Shown: piece after piece, positions 1-12,480 of the stretch | Numbering within the stretch: the first letter of the stretch is position 1 | How the letters are laid out: every line of letters starts with the position of its first letter | NCBI RefSeq assembly: GCF_009914755.1 | Contig: NC_060947.1 | DNA: 64,000 bases | From: the human T2T-CHM13v2.0 reference genome, Homo sapiens | Direction: 5' to 3' (one strand) | Position numbers and translations under genes: made by a program | Notes under the pieces: generated by a model | Seen by the model: only the letters and a program-made list of their open reading frames with translations | What the model was told of the DNA's origin: nothing | Database searches by the model: none

Positions 1-403
1 GTCAAAGGAGTTGTGGTTTGACTCTGGCACTAGTAAGGCTGTGCAACCCTCAGCAAGTTACTTGCCCTCTCTGGGCTTTGGTTTCTTCCTATACTTGTAA
101 CATAAAGAAGTTTTGTTTTACAGCAGTTGGGTGTTTCCATTTTCTGTCATTGAATTGGGAAAATGATCAGGTCATGCCAACCTGGGATGCTGCGTGTTGT
201 GGAAGTTAGGCATATCTGACAACGGGAAATACTTCCTGAAGACACAGCCTTCGGACCCCTGGTTACCTAGAAGGGAGCTCAGGACTCCTCATCGACAAAC
301 ATAAAACCAGCTCCCTGCCCACTGCCCAACCTCCAGGAGATGCCCCCACAGGCTTGTGTGAGCCCAAGGCAGGCCTCAAGCTGATTCAAGGGCCCAGCTG
401 CCC

Positions 404-417
404 GTTGCCATGGCAAC
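404..417. promoter_or_regulatory. RFX X-box, perfect palindrome GTTGCCATGGCAAC
   Basis: Exact 14-bp palindrome matching the RFX consensus, in non-repeat sequence. Confidence 0.75.
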
Positions 418-934
418 ATTCCAGCTCGCTTTGCATAGTGACAGGGATGCTAGGCTTTGCTAACAAAGTGCTCTGTAAAGGACTTCATGTCTTTGGCAGG
501 GACAATTCCGCCTTCTTTTTCACATGAATAACTCTGGGGGCTGTGAGGAGGGATTTGGCAAGTCACTTCCCCTGTCTTGGCCTGCGCCCTTGGGTTTTCC
601 TTGAAGGCACAAGTTGGCAGCTTTTTATTTTTCTATTTCCAAATATACCATCACTACCCTCCTCCTGACCACTCCCCACTCCAAAGGAAAGAATGGTTTT
701 TCCCTTACTTAGAGCTCTGGTGAACTCGGTGTGTTTATGAAAATGGAAGGAATGGACTGTTCGAATCACTCACATACCCTTGGCTGATTGCTGGATCAAA
801 TTGTCCTCAATCCCTTTTTCTTTTTTCGGAATGCCCAATGTTTTTCAGGATTGAAACAGGAAGACCCTATATTGTCCTGGTGAATTACTCCCTGGAGCAG
901 GAAACATATTTGGAATCCTGAGTAGGCTGGGAAG

Positions 935-1100
935 GAAGCCAGGCAGACCTGGGTGAATCCTGCTTTCATCACTTACAAGCTGTGTGATCTTTGGCAAGTT
1001 ACTTAACTTCCCCTAATCTCAGTTTTCTCATACGTGCAATGGGGATGGTAATACAGCCTTCATGGGTATGATGGTGAAATTGTTATGAGGTTTAAATATA
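935..1100 (+). mobile_element. MIR SINE
   Basis: MIR core acttacaagctgtgtgatctttggcaagttacttaac...ctcagttttctcat; ends approximate. Confidence 0.8.
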
Positions 1101-1129
1101 TCTTATGCTTGCCTGCTTCTCTCTGTTTC

Positions 1130-1735
1130 CGTCACCCTGATCCTGGCCCATCATCTTTTGCCTGGACTACTACGATAGCCTCCTGCCCATTTCTACTGGA
1201 ACTTCCCTCCAGCCCTTTGTTTACATAGCAGACATGGTGGTCTTTTAAACATTTAAATCATATCCTGTCGCTCCCTTGCTTAAAATGCTCTAATGGTTTC
1301 CCATTGCACTTCAGATAACATCCACCTCTTACCCCCTACCTCTTCCACCCTAGACATGCTGGCTTCCTTTCCATTTCTCAAAGACATCGAGGTCCCTCTC
1401 ACTTCGTGGCCTCATGGCCTTGGCACTTTCTGTTCCCTCTGCCAGCTCCTTCTCAGGCTCAGTTCTTAGCTCGGAGAGAACTTCTCTTACCACTCATCCA
1501 AACTAGCTCCCCATGCCTGCCCCATCCCTTGCCATCACACATCACCATGCTGATTTCCTTCATGGCACTTCTCAGGAACTAGTCCTACCTTGATTATTCG
1601 TGTACTTGGTTATTGTCTGTCTCCTCTGCCTGGATTGTAAACTCTTTACATCTGCCTCATTAACCTCTATCACCCACTGCCCAGCACAGGGCCTAATATA
1701 ATAGGCTCAATAAAATCTATTGAATGAATGAATGA
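1130..1735 (+). mobile_element. L2 LINE 3' fragment
   Basis: gcctggactactacgatagcctcct start and L2 tail ctcaataaaatctattgaatgaatgaatga. Confidence 0.8.
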
Positions 1736-1852
1736 GGTAGGTAGAGCATTGAGAACAAAGCCTGAAAGATAATAGAGTGCAATACATGTTTGTTACTTTC
1801 TTTTTGTCTTCTTCCATCATCTGGTTGTAAGGCAGAGGGTGGTGTGCTAGAC

Positions 1853-2064
1853 CTGTGGCCTCCAAAGTGGATATATCGTCTATTAGGGTGCAAGGAGAAA
1901 ATATTAGAATTTCTATTAACAGTCATCTTTATCATATCCTAATTTCCATGTTTGTTTATGTTTTAAATTTTATAAAACTGATTAGCACAGTAGTACATAT
2001 ATATGGTTTATACATAAATATGTATATATGGGAGTATAGGCTCAAAAATACTTGGAGACCACAG
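1853..2064. mobile_element. hAT-Charlie-type non-autonomous DNA transposon
   Basis: Terminal inverted repeats ctgtggcctccaa / ttggagaccacag around an AT-rich core. Confidence 0.65.
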
Positions 2065-3149
2065 CTGGTGGGAAGCAAACTGGCAGACTGTTGGCAGAAT
2101 GTGAACTACAGATAGGTTGGGTTGAGTCAGCAGAGAGGTTTCCCAGATTGGAGGTTGAGTGCCTTGGGAACAGGGTTGGGGGTGGCCAGCATGCATGCTC
2201 CAGGTCTCCACCACACCCTGTGGCTTACCCTAGCCTACTTCATTCATGGCCCTGTCCTTCCTGACCATTACAGGCGTGTGCATTTCCAACCCTAGAGAGG
2301 GTTTCCTTTGCAAGTCTAGAGAACCTTCTATTCTGGAAATTGGTGCTGGTCGATCCCAAGGGGGAGGTATGTGGGAAAGACTGAGGCCTAGGAGCCCCCT
2401 GTGGGCAGCAGCTGGGGCTTCTCATTCTTGTGTCCTCTGTAACCAGAATAGTACCTGGAACAGAGTGGGTGCTTGGATCATCAGAGAACCTGCTTGTTGA
2501 CTAATATCAGTGCATAGGACAACCCCCTCTGAGTGTCTGAGCTGAGAGGACCCTCAGGAGGTAATTAGGTTCATATGTTTCACTGTCCGGATGGAAACTA
2601 AATGGGGCTCAAAATGGCCAGGGCCTGCCCAAGGTCATAGAGCCTCCCGCCAGCACTCTTTCCCTTGTGTCTGCGTCTCTGCTTAGCCTCTGGGGTGTAT
2701 GCTTATTCACGATCCAGGCCTTGGCTGGTTCCACCCCCTTGGCCTTGGCCTACTACTCTTAACACCAGCTCTCAGAAGGCGTTCTGGCTTCTTACTGGGA
2801 TAGGGGCCAAAAAAGAAAAACATTTCCCAAATCATAATTCTACAGCCTCCTGCCTCCCCCAAACTCACTTTCTATGTAACTAATCCCCGTGTTCCTTGGC
2901 CATTAATGACATCACTGCCTTTCTGGTCACTTTGGCCCAAAATACAAAGTGTTCTACCTCCCTTGAGTAGGGGCTACTATGTGTCAGGCACTTTCTAAAA
3001 AATAAACTTTGTATGGGCAATTAACATACAAAAAAGCCACACACGTTGATGAATGATCACAAATTATACACACCCATGTACACACTTCCAAGGCCAAGAA
3101 GTTGACCATGCCCAGGACTACAGAAGTAACCCCTCAAAGCAGTTTTTAA

Positions 3150-3450
3150 CCATCACTGCAGATCTTTTGTCCAGCAGCCTTGAGGAAGGTATGAGTAATT
3201 CAATCCAATTCACAGATACCAAATTATTTTTCTTTAAACCAACTCATTCCATTCTGCCTCGAATAGTCAAGAAATTACTTTTCATGCACTCAATTTTCCC
3301 CTGTAATTTTTATTAGAATCTAGTATACATTAGAATAAATATGTGACTGTTAAACTTTAAAAGATCATCCATGTATTTCTAAAATTCCTCATCATACTAT
3401 CACCTCACATACCACTAGCACAATGTGTACTGCATTTGGGGGAATACTGT
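3150..3450 (-). mobile_element. MER113A-like hAT-Charlie element
   Basis: Reverse-strand resemblance to the element at 11710-12005; terminus tttgggggaatactg. Confidence 0.45.
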
Positions 3451-3989
3451 ACCGTGGGAATTAACTCAAGGGGAAGACTATTTACGTTTGGGAAGATCAG
3501 AAAAGGCTCAAGATGGACCTGAGATCTGTAGAGAGGATATGGCTATGCAGAGGTGAAGTCGATTCTGGCTGTCAGGCTCAGAGAAAGCTTCATGGGGGAG
3601 GAGACATTTGGGCTGGGTCTTGAGAAATAAGTCTGACTTTTCACAAGCAGAGATGGAAGTGGAAGGAAAAGCATTCTAGGCAGAAGGAATAGAACCTAGA
3701 GAACACTTCATCAGGGCTAGAAGAGAAGTTTATGTTTCAGGCTTGAGGGACTGTGCCTGATGTGCAGTTGGAAAGTGTCTCCGGGCCCAGGGTTGAGTGA
3801 GTTTGCTCTCTTGGGGCACACAACACACAAGCACTATGAGGGGTAGCCGCTGGCAGGCTACAGCCCACTGGAGTCAGAGTCAGAGTGTGTATTAGAATTC
3901 ACTTTTCCTTATGGAACTTGCACCTGGAAATTCCCCACACCAGATTAGAGCATGTGCAGGTTATGGCAGATGGGATCAGCAGAATGAAA

Positions 3990-4150
3990 AGGAGACAGGC
4001 TTGGAGTCAGCCTAACTTGGGTTCAAGTCCCAACCCTGCCACTTACTAGCTCCATTTTTTTATCTAATGTCTGTCTCCGCATCTTCAGCTTAGGTCCTAA
4101 TAATCCACACCTGACAGGGTGGTTGTGAGGAGTAAGAGCATGACTAAAGT
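3990..4150 (+). mobile_element. MIR SINE
   Basis: gggttcaagtcccaaccctgccacttactagc...gggtggttgtgagg. Confidence 0.75.
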
Positions 4151-5214
4151 GACAGGGGTAGTTCTTGTCCCAGCTCTTGGGTTCCGGGGGGCAGTCCAGA
4201 GATAGTACCACCTGCCGCACTTCCCTGTCCACCCACTTTGACATCCCTGAGTACAGAGGGGTACAGCCAGTGAGGTGGTAATGATGAACCTTAAGCTGTT
4301 TCACTTTGGGGACATGGGCCCCTGAGTTGCTTCTTTCGGGCCTCAGACTTCTCTGTCTCCTCCCCTGGTGTGCCTAAGGCACCAAGTAGGGTGGGGGACC
4401 AGCCAAATGGTGAGGCCTGGCCCTCCCTCTCTCTTTGATAGAACTGGGTGCTCCTGGCTGGGCTTAGCTTGAAACACAGGCGAAAAAGAAAGAAGCCATT
4501 CTTCCCCAAACTCCAAGTGAAGACACCACAGGGAGTTCAGCCCCCCTCCTAAAGCCACCATGCCTCCCTCCCTGAGCACAGTGCTCAGTGAAAAGGCTAG
4601 CCAGCCTTTCCAGACCCTCTCCATAGGCAGTGATCTTACAGCAGTGAACCCATCAGAACAGCGCCTCCAGCACCCTACCCAACCTGGATGTGCACCTTGA
4701 TGAGTAGAAAGGAATGAGAAAAATTTGAGAAGACTCTTGGGTTGGTGGGGGAACAAGGACCAAGCATGTGGAGCTTTCAGAGGGATCATCAAGGAGCAAA
4801 GGAGGGCTGGGAGGAAGGAGAGGAAGGAAGGTCTGCATGAGCAGGGTAGCTTGGCCTGTGCCCACGAATGGGCAGACACTAACTGAGTCATCCTCTGTGC
4901 AAGGCCCTCCACAAGGCACAGCTTCAAACACCCAAACTTTGGCCCATCCCGCAAAGAATTCATAAGTTGCTGGGGCAGAGAAGGTTCATGAATACGTGGA
5001 AGATTTGGAACAATTCCAGGACATCTATGTTTAAGGACAAATGAGAGGCTCAGCCAGCCAGAACTGAAGGTATTGAGAGGAATTATCCCTGCAGACTGCT
5101 AGTAGGGATGTGTGTAAAGAGGGCTTTCAAGGGGTGATGGGATTTGGGCTGAAGCTTAAGGAGCAGCCTGTAGGGTTTGGGAACAGCAGGTAGAGGCGGT
5201 GAGAGGGGATGGGA

Positions 5215-5440
5215 AGCACTGTTTAGCAAGCACCTACTATGGGCCTGGTGTCGTTTAGCTCATTTCAGCATTATCTCATGAAAGTCTTACAGCAGCTTAC
5301 AAGTTAGGTGTTTTCATTCCCCCATTATACATGGAAAATGGAAGCTGGGGAGGTTAAGTAAGTTGTACAAGGTTACACAGGTAGAAATGGCAGCATGAGG
5401 ATTTGAATCTAGGCTTCTCTGACCACAAAGCTTTTCCCTG
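5215..5440 (-). mobile_element. MIR SINE
   Basis: gaggttaagtaagttgtacaaggttacacag...ggatttgaatctagg (reverse MIR core). Confidence 0.75.
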
Positions 5441-5539
5441 GTGGCTTTACCATGAAATGATAAGCCACAATGACAAGATAAAGAAGAGAATGAGTAGCCC
5501 AGATTGAATGGGCAGAGGGGTCTGTTTCAGGGAATCAAG

Positions 5540-5905
5540 AGAGAGGAAGCAAAGAGGTCAGATGAAGCCGGTTCTGAGTATAGGCTGGAGAGTGTGGACT
5601 TGACACTTTAGACAACAAATCATTGGAAGGTTCCAAGCAATGGAGTGATGTGGTTTGATTTATGTTTGTAAAAGCTCACTCTGGCTGCTGTGTCATGAAC
5701 AGATTTTAGGATGCAGAGGTGGAATCAGGGAGCCCACTGAAGAAGATATTCATTGAAGGGGTCTGGGGAAGGATGATGGTGACTGGGACCAGGGTGAGGG
5801 AAGTGGAGATGATGCCGTGAAGTGCTCCAATTTGAGACAGTTCTAAGGAGCAATTTACAGGACTCAGTGAATGCGTAGGGGAGGGAGAGGAAAGCATAAA
5901 GATGT
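5540..5905 (-). mobile_element. L2 LINE fragment
   Basis: gagtgatgtggtttgatttatgtttgtaaaagctcactctggctgctgtg, typical reverse L2. Confidence 0.7.
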
Positions 5906-6378
5906 CTAAAAGCATTCCTCATCCAATTTAGATTATTAAAAAAGGATATGGTGGAGAAAGCACTGAATGTGGAGATAGACGGGGGTCCAAAACCTGGCTG
6001 CACCATGTACTAGTTGGGTTCATTTAGTCCAGAGGGAGTATGTGACTCCCAGCAGATCCTTAAGCATCTAATGGGCTATGGCCATGGGGACACTGGTGCT
6101 TGGGTGAGAAAAGCTCCAGGGGCCACAATGGGGCTTACAGAGAGGAGGAGGTGAGGACATGGGACACGAGATATAGGCTTCCCAAATAAGAAGCTCAGAT
6201 GAGAAGAGGAGAAGAGTGGTGAGGCAGAAAGGACAAGGGAGAAAGGAGGGGTTCCGCGTCTGCTCTTCTCTTTTGTTGTTCTTCCTCCAATGGGAACATC
6301 TTGAGCATGGGTGTAGGCCCAGTGGAAGAAGCCAGTATGGACCTTGGCTAAGCTGCCTCCCCTGTCTTAGCCTGTTTA

Positions 6379-6836
<458 letters not shown>

Positions 6837-7589
6837 CTAAGTAGGGGTACACAAGTGTGTCCAGGTTGTGATCATTCACTCATTCCTCCTCCCCACCACC
6901 CCCATGCCTTTACTCCCCAAACTCTTCCAAAACATACCTGTTCCTATTCAAGCTTCCTCATGTTCCTGGAAATATAATCCAGGGTCCCAAGTGCACAACC
7001 CAAGCAAATTCAATTCTATTTTCACTTTCAGGATGTCCCGTGCATTCTAGAATCATCTCAAGTTGTCATGGTCCTGTCTTTTCTAGCCTCTCTGAGCTTA
7101 AAGTCCATGTTTACAACCTTGAAGCTACCAAGACTCATACCTAGGACCCATCACAAATGGATAAGAGGTCAGGAACCAAACATTCTCCAAGCTTCAGTTA
7201 TTCACTTATCACCTTGAAGATTTTTGCTGTGTTCAATCTTCATGATTTTTATCATATTCATAAATGTATTTTCCCAAGATGCTTCACTTCTGGCCCTTCA
7301 TGCTTGCTCTGGGACCTCTATTTCCCAAGCCCTCTTTTCTGGCCTCAGATCGATCCCCTTGGAAGCCTCACATTCCACAGTGAGCTGCAAAGCCCAAGCA
7401 TGGGTCACACTATCCTGTGATTCCTCTCTATAATTATCTGTTGCCCCCACTAGGCTGAGACAGCCTGAAGTCAGTAGCTTGAGAGATGTTTGTGGAATTG
7501 TTGAAGAAAACTGAAGAGACCCTTGAAAGCTGGAGACTCAACAGGAGAGGTTCCTAGCAGGGGTAATATTCCAAACAGTTAACAGTGTG

Positions 7590-7870
7590 TCCTTCCCCTT
7601 TCTGTTTCTGGCCAACTGTTCTTCATCTTTCATGACCCAGTCCAAGCATCACCTCCCCTGGGAAGGTATCTCCAGACCTTCCAGACTGAAGAAGCTTCTC
7701 TTTGATAGTCTCACAACATTATTGATCCTTCTCTGTATTGTCATGGCCTTTGGACATGTCATTCACACCCTCCTAGGCAATGACTGGCACCTCTATCTCC
7801 CCAACGCTCACACAGAGCCTGGCCAGAGCAGATCCCTGGGAACTGCTGAAAGAATGACTGAATGACTGGG
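7590..7870 (+). mobile_element. L2 LINE 3' fragment
   Basis: catcacctcccctgggaagg...cacagagcctggcc...gctgaaagaatgactgaatga. Confidence 0.6.
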
Positions 7871-8263
7871 CAGGTGAGTGGGCAGATGGATGTGGTGATC
7901 CCACTTTAGATCTCTTGCCCCAAAGTCAGAAAGCTCTGCTTTCTGGATGGCACAGTGCCCCAAGTCTTCCAGGCTGAAGCTCTAGCCAGACCCACACCCA
8001 CAGTGCTTTGTGGCCATGACTATTACAGACAGGCCCCCTGTCCCAGTGAGCAGAAATCTGATGACATCAGCATTGAGCAGTACCACCACTCGCCTGAGTG
8101 AAGGCACTTGAGGCTGTCTAGCTCTGGCAGAGTTGGTTCCAGGAGCCACAGCCCTTCCTCACAGCCAGGCTGCTGGGGCTGGAATGGGCTGCTGAGCTAG
8201 CACCACCTGCCCGGTGTCGCTTATCCCAGAGGGCTGCAGCACTCACAGTGAGCGGCTGCGTAA

Positions 8264-8312
8264 GTGTGTCCGTGTGTGTGTGCGTGTGTGCGTGTGTGAG
8301 AGAGAGAGAGAG
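8264..8312. repeat. Compound (TG)n(AG)n microsatellite
   Basis: Imperfect gt run followed by ga run, seen directly. Confidence 0.9.
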
Positions 8313-8339
8313 CGCATGTATTTGCTGTGGGACTCATGG

Positions 8340-8770
8340 AAGGAGCCCTCTCATTGGCTGCCAAGGGTCCCAGTTCCAGTCTGTGAATCTCTGGGCTGCC
8401 AGCTCTGCCCTCCCCTGGGAAGGCAAAGCAGGAGAGGGAGGGGAGAGTGGAGTGAGGCTTCAGGTGTGTCTGACAAGGAAGCAGGTACACCTGGTGGCCA
8501 CACTGGGCATTCTTGTGGCATCTGGCTGTGCTAGCTCCAAGTCTGCAGCCTGACAGCTTTGTGCTCTGCCCAAATTTTCCCAGATTTCTGTTGGGACTGG
8601 AGCCCAGAGCTCATTGGCAGCTGTCACTTACAGAACTGGATCCATCCCCCAGTGGAGCAGGGAGCTGTGTCACTTAGAATTCCTGGGTAGCACATTCCTT
8701 CAGTAGACCCTGTCACACTCCTGGATTAGGCTCTGTTATTGGCCCCGCGCTCCTGCAAGCTTCTGCAGAC
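8340..8770 (+). promoter_or_regulatory. Putative internal promoter: three inverted CCAAT boxes and clustered TGACAG/CTGTCA (TALE homeodomain) motifs
   Basis: ATTGG at 8353, 8613, 8738; TGACAG/CTGTCA at 8551, 8621, 8710, 8819; repeat-free and directly upstream of the CpG-enriched leader; TSS not determinable. Confidence 0.55.
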
Positions 8771-9298
8771 AGAGTGAGCGAGTGAGCGAGTGAGTGAGCC
8801 AGCGAGCGGCAGCAGGAATGACAGCACTGAGAGCAGAGACAGCCAGGGACGGTGAGGGCGGGCGAGTCGGGTCCCGGGGGGTGCCTGTGCTGGCCCTTTC
8901 TGCAGAGGCAGATGAAGTGGGGGCCACTTTCAGGGCTTGCTAGGGTTTCTCTTGGAACCTGGGCTGCTCGACCCGAGTGGAGCACTGAGCAAGGGGGAGG
9001 GGGAAAGGGAGGGGGAGAGAGAGGGAGGAAGAGAGAGAGAGAGAGACTGAGAGAGACTGAGAGAAGCTCCTAGCAGGCTCTAGTCCAAGTGAGAGGCTCA
9101 GATCTGTACAATTCTGTGCCAGGGGCACAAGTGGGATTTGGAAGAGCCATGTGTGTGAGAAGCAAAGCTGAGGTGATGTAAGCACCTGGGGAGGAGCACA
9201 GGCAGAGGAGGAGGAGGAGGAGTAGGAGGAGGAGGAGGAGAAAGAGGAGGAGGAGGAGGTGGCAGCGGCCGCCGCGGTGGCTGCCAGTCCAGAGCAGA
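8770..9298 (+). other. NHSL2: Probable 5' UTR/leader of the alternative first exon (start approximate)
   Basis: Local CpG enrichment, (GAGT/GAGC)n, GA-rich and GAG tracts leading to ATG 9299; in-frame TAA at 9179. Confidence 0.5.
9205..9258 (+). repeat. Interrupted trinucleotide repeat (GAG)6 TAG (GAG)5 AAA (GAG)5
   Basis: Counted directly. Confidence 0.9.
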
Positions 9299-9365
9299 AT
9301 GATGGGCAACTCTCACCACAAGCAACCGAGGAGTAAAAGCCAAAGCAGGATGCATTCAGCAACAG
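9299..9365 (+). CDS. NHSL2: Coding part of an alternative first exon of NHS-like 2 (MMGNSHHKQPRSKSQSRMHSAT + first base of next codon)
   Basis: ATG ATG GGC AAC... open to donor CAG|GTACTC (phase 1); upstream in-frame stop; peptide matches my recollection of a short NHSL2 isoform N-terminus (not database-checked). Confidence 0.8.
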
Positions 9366-11299
9366 GTACTCTTTTCCCTTCCCTCCTTTTCCGGGGCTCC
9401 TACAGCCAGGGCCTCCCAGCTGCTGCCATGCGGGGCCCCTGACCCTTGGCGTGACTTGCAGGGGCTGGCAGGGGGCAGGGAGAGAACCCGAGGGAAATGA
9501 GGGTGAACTTCCAGCTCCCCTGCTCCTGTGACAGGCTGAATTGCATAAGTCAGAGCATCCTGAGCTGGGAGGGGCCAGCCCCTTCGCCGGCAACCCTGTG
9601 TAGCCTCTGGAGGGTGGCTGGAGTGTCAGAGAAGTGAGCAGCGTGCCAGTGACTGAAGTTCATGGCTAGGACTGTGCTTTCTCCCTGGATCCAGTAGGCA
9701 GAATCTTGGAACCATGCATGGCTTATCCTTTACTAGCCGAGCCTCCTTTGTTATTCAAACCTTCGTCTCCCCCCACCCCAGCCCCCATACCCGCCCTGAA
9801 CATGTACACCTACACCTCTCCTGGCTCTACCTCATATGCTGCATGCATGGAATGATCCAGACAAATCTGTTTCTTGCTGTGTAATGCCCTGCCCCCCACC
9901 ACCCTGCCCCAGCCCTGACAGAGCTCTCCTCATGCATGGGCGAGAAGAGCATTTGCCGGCCTTGAGTTTGTTGTTCCCCTACCTCTGGGTGTGCTCTGCT
10001 TTGCCCCTTCCTTGCCCCTCTCCAGATATGGACTCAAGGGTGCTGGCATAGTTCTCCCCAACAACTCCTTCCTGGATGCTGACACTGTGGAAATCAAGGT
10101 CTGCAGACAACTTTTCCTAGCTCACCTTCCCAGGCGGTGCAAGAACAATTTGGAAGCAACTTCTCTTCATCCATTCACCCATTTCCACCAACTCTTACCC
10201 TCCTATCTACCCCTTGGCCACTTGAAAGTACCTTCCACTGCTACCTGGGGTTAGGCTTCATGCAGTAGGGTCACAAGTACTTTCTCTCTGTGCCCTCCTC
10301 CCTCTGTCTTGGTGGAGTTCCCTCTCCTCCTTTGTCAGCACCCACCACCCCCACCACCACCACCACACACACACACACCCTTCGCATCACACAGAGTCCA
10401 GGAGGAGCCTGCAGTTCCCTCTGTGCCTGTTTGGGAAGCTCTCATTCACCATTCGGGCCTGTGAGAAGGAAGGAAAAGTTTTTGCCAAGTTTGACTCACG
10501 TTTACCATAAGAAAGCAATAAATGGATTGTTGTCTTGCCAAAAGTGTGCCATGCTCTGGCCCAGAGGGTTGCCTCTGCCTCCTTCTGGGGACTCAGCTGG
10601 CTATGCAGTTGAGGGTAGTTGTCCAAGGCCAGCCAGTCCCAGGGGCAGCCCTACAATGGGATTCTTACAGGGCGTGGTGGGGAGAGAAGCTACAGGAAAG
10701 CAACTTGGGATATGCTGGCACGCAGGGTAACTGTTTCTGGAGCCCGCCTGTCAGAGCAGGGCTTTGTTTGGCCTCCTATATGGGCTGAATTTGGGTCTCT
10801 GTGGTGGACTGAGCCAAAGAATAAAAATTCTGAGCATTGAAGTTTCTTTGGAATCTTTCAGGGACATACTCTTCCAAGGCCACCATTAGGTGAATGGCCC
10901 AAACACCACCTCAGAGTCTCCTGCTTCTCTGCCTTGGAGCTGAAGGCTTAGGACCTGCTGGTATTACATGGAGATGCTCTGTGCAGCCCAGTACAGAAGC
11001 TTGAAGATAACTTTTTACATAATTGCTGATGTGACAACTTGGGACAGTTACTGGCTATTGTGTCATTTCTTAGAAGTTGCTTTGTATCTTCAATGCCAGC
11101 TCCAATCCAGGGTCATCCTAGACGTAGTAGCTATGGGAACAGCCTCTGGCAGCACAAGGAGGTGGCCTCATAACTGCTTCTCCCTCCCTCTCCCTTCCAC
11201 CTCTTGGTCCTCACCTTACCACAACACCACACCTTCTCACTCACAATCCCTAGGTGATCCCAGAAGCCCCGATTGAACACTCACTCCCACTGGGCTAAA

Positions 11300-12480
11300 C
11301 TTGTGCCACTCTTTCTCTTCTTGCTCGCTTTTCTCTCTTCCATTTTCGCTTAGTGACCCCACTGTCTTTCCAGTAACCCAAACTAGCATCCTGGTAGTCA
11401 TCCTTCACTCCTCTCTCTCTCTCCCTCACCACACACTTTACAGTTTTCACTCATCCATCTATCTGCTCATTCATTCAAAAAGTATTCATTTTCGAGGCCT
11501 CCTCTGAGACATCTGAGCCCCTCTCTTATCCTACTGTCAGTGTCCAAATCCAGGCCTTTGGTCACTCTCGCTTATTCCAGAATTGGGCTGTCTGCTTCCA
11601 CCTCTGACCTTCTCCTGGGCACGCCCAACACAGCCACCAGAATGAGCTGTCCCTGTGCTCCCTTGCTATGAACTCAAGTCTTACTAATTGGGGTACGAGA
11701 GATTACGATTGCTCCCCAAGTGTGGAGTGGATCTCAGGTGGCCCAGGGGATCATTGTAGTTGTAACAGAGAAAACTCTTTTTGCCTTTCAAGTTCTGTAT
11801 ATATTTTAATGTGTATTCAAAAAATATATAACTAATACATCAAACCCATGATTTCTCATATTTTTTTAAATTAGGGTAAGGTTAAATGTTTTTAAAGCGA
11901 GTCTTTTTGAATAAAATGATTAAGTAAATAGTAGAATAGGAAGCACATGGAAATGGCAAAAGTTGGGAAACTGAGATACCAATGCCTGAGGCTTGAGAAG
12001 CACCCATTTCTAGGATAAAGTATGTTTTCCTTAGCACAACTTAGAGATCTTTCATGATTGGGCCCCTCCTACTTCTCCAGCCTCACCAGCTATCATTTCT
12101 CACCTTGAACTTGATCCAGCCATATTGAATGAGTTGAAGGTCTCCAAATGCTCCCATTCAGCATTACCATGCTTTCACTAATGCACTTTTCTCTGCCTGG
12201 AACACCTCCTCCACCTGCTATCTTCTCCTGACAGTTTTCTCTTCAGCCTTCAGAATCCTGATCCTGTGTTTCCTCTTCTCTGAAACTGTCCCTGACTGAC
12301 CGCCTTCCTTCATACAAATTAATTAATAAAGTTCATCACCCCCTCCTCGGTACTAAATTGATACCTTTTACATAATTTTATCATTGCTGGTATTATCATT
12401 TTTATACTTGTTATTGCATGTTTATCTCCTCCTAGTAAAATGTAAGCTTTTCTAGGGCAAGGGCTACAATTTGTATACCA
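11300..12480 (+). mobile_element. L2 LINE fragments, interrupted by a DNA transposon
   Basis: ctggtagtcatccttcactcctctctctctc...; gcacttttctctgcctggaacac...; tgtaagcttttctagggcaagg. Confidence 0.6.
11710..12005 (+). mobile_element. MER113A-like hAT-Charlie element
   Basis: ttaagtaaatagtagaataggaagcacatggaaatggcaaaag...ttgagaagcac. Confidence 0.55.

Noticed and set aside
4343-4963. 206-aa minus-strand ORF
   Set aside because: No recognisable domain or exon structure; a length plausible by chance in 64 kb
8940-9593. 217-aa minus-strand ORF with poly-Ser and overlapping poly-Pro/poly-Leu ORFs
   Set aside because: Antisense reading of the GAG repeat and GC-rich leader; non-ATG start; no recognisable domain
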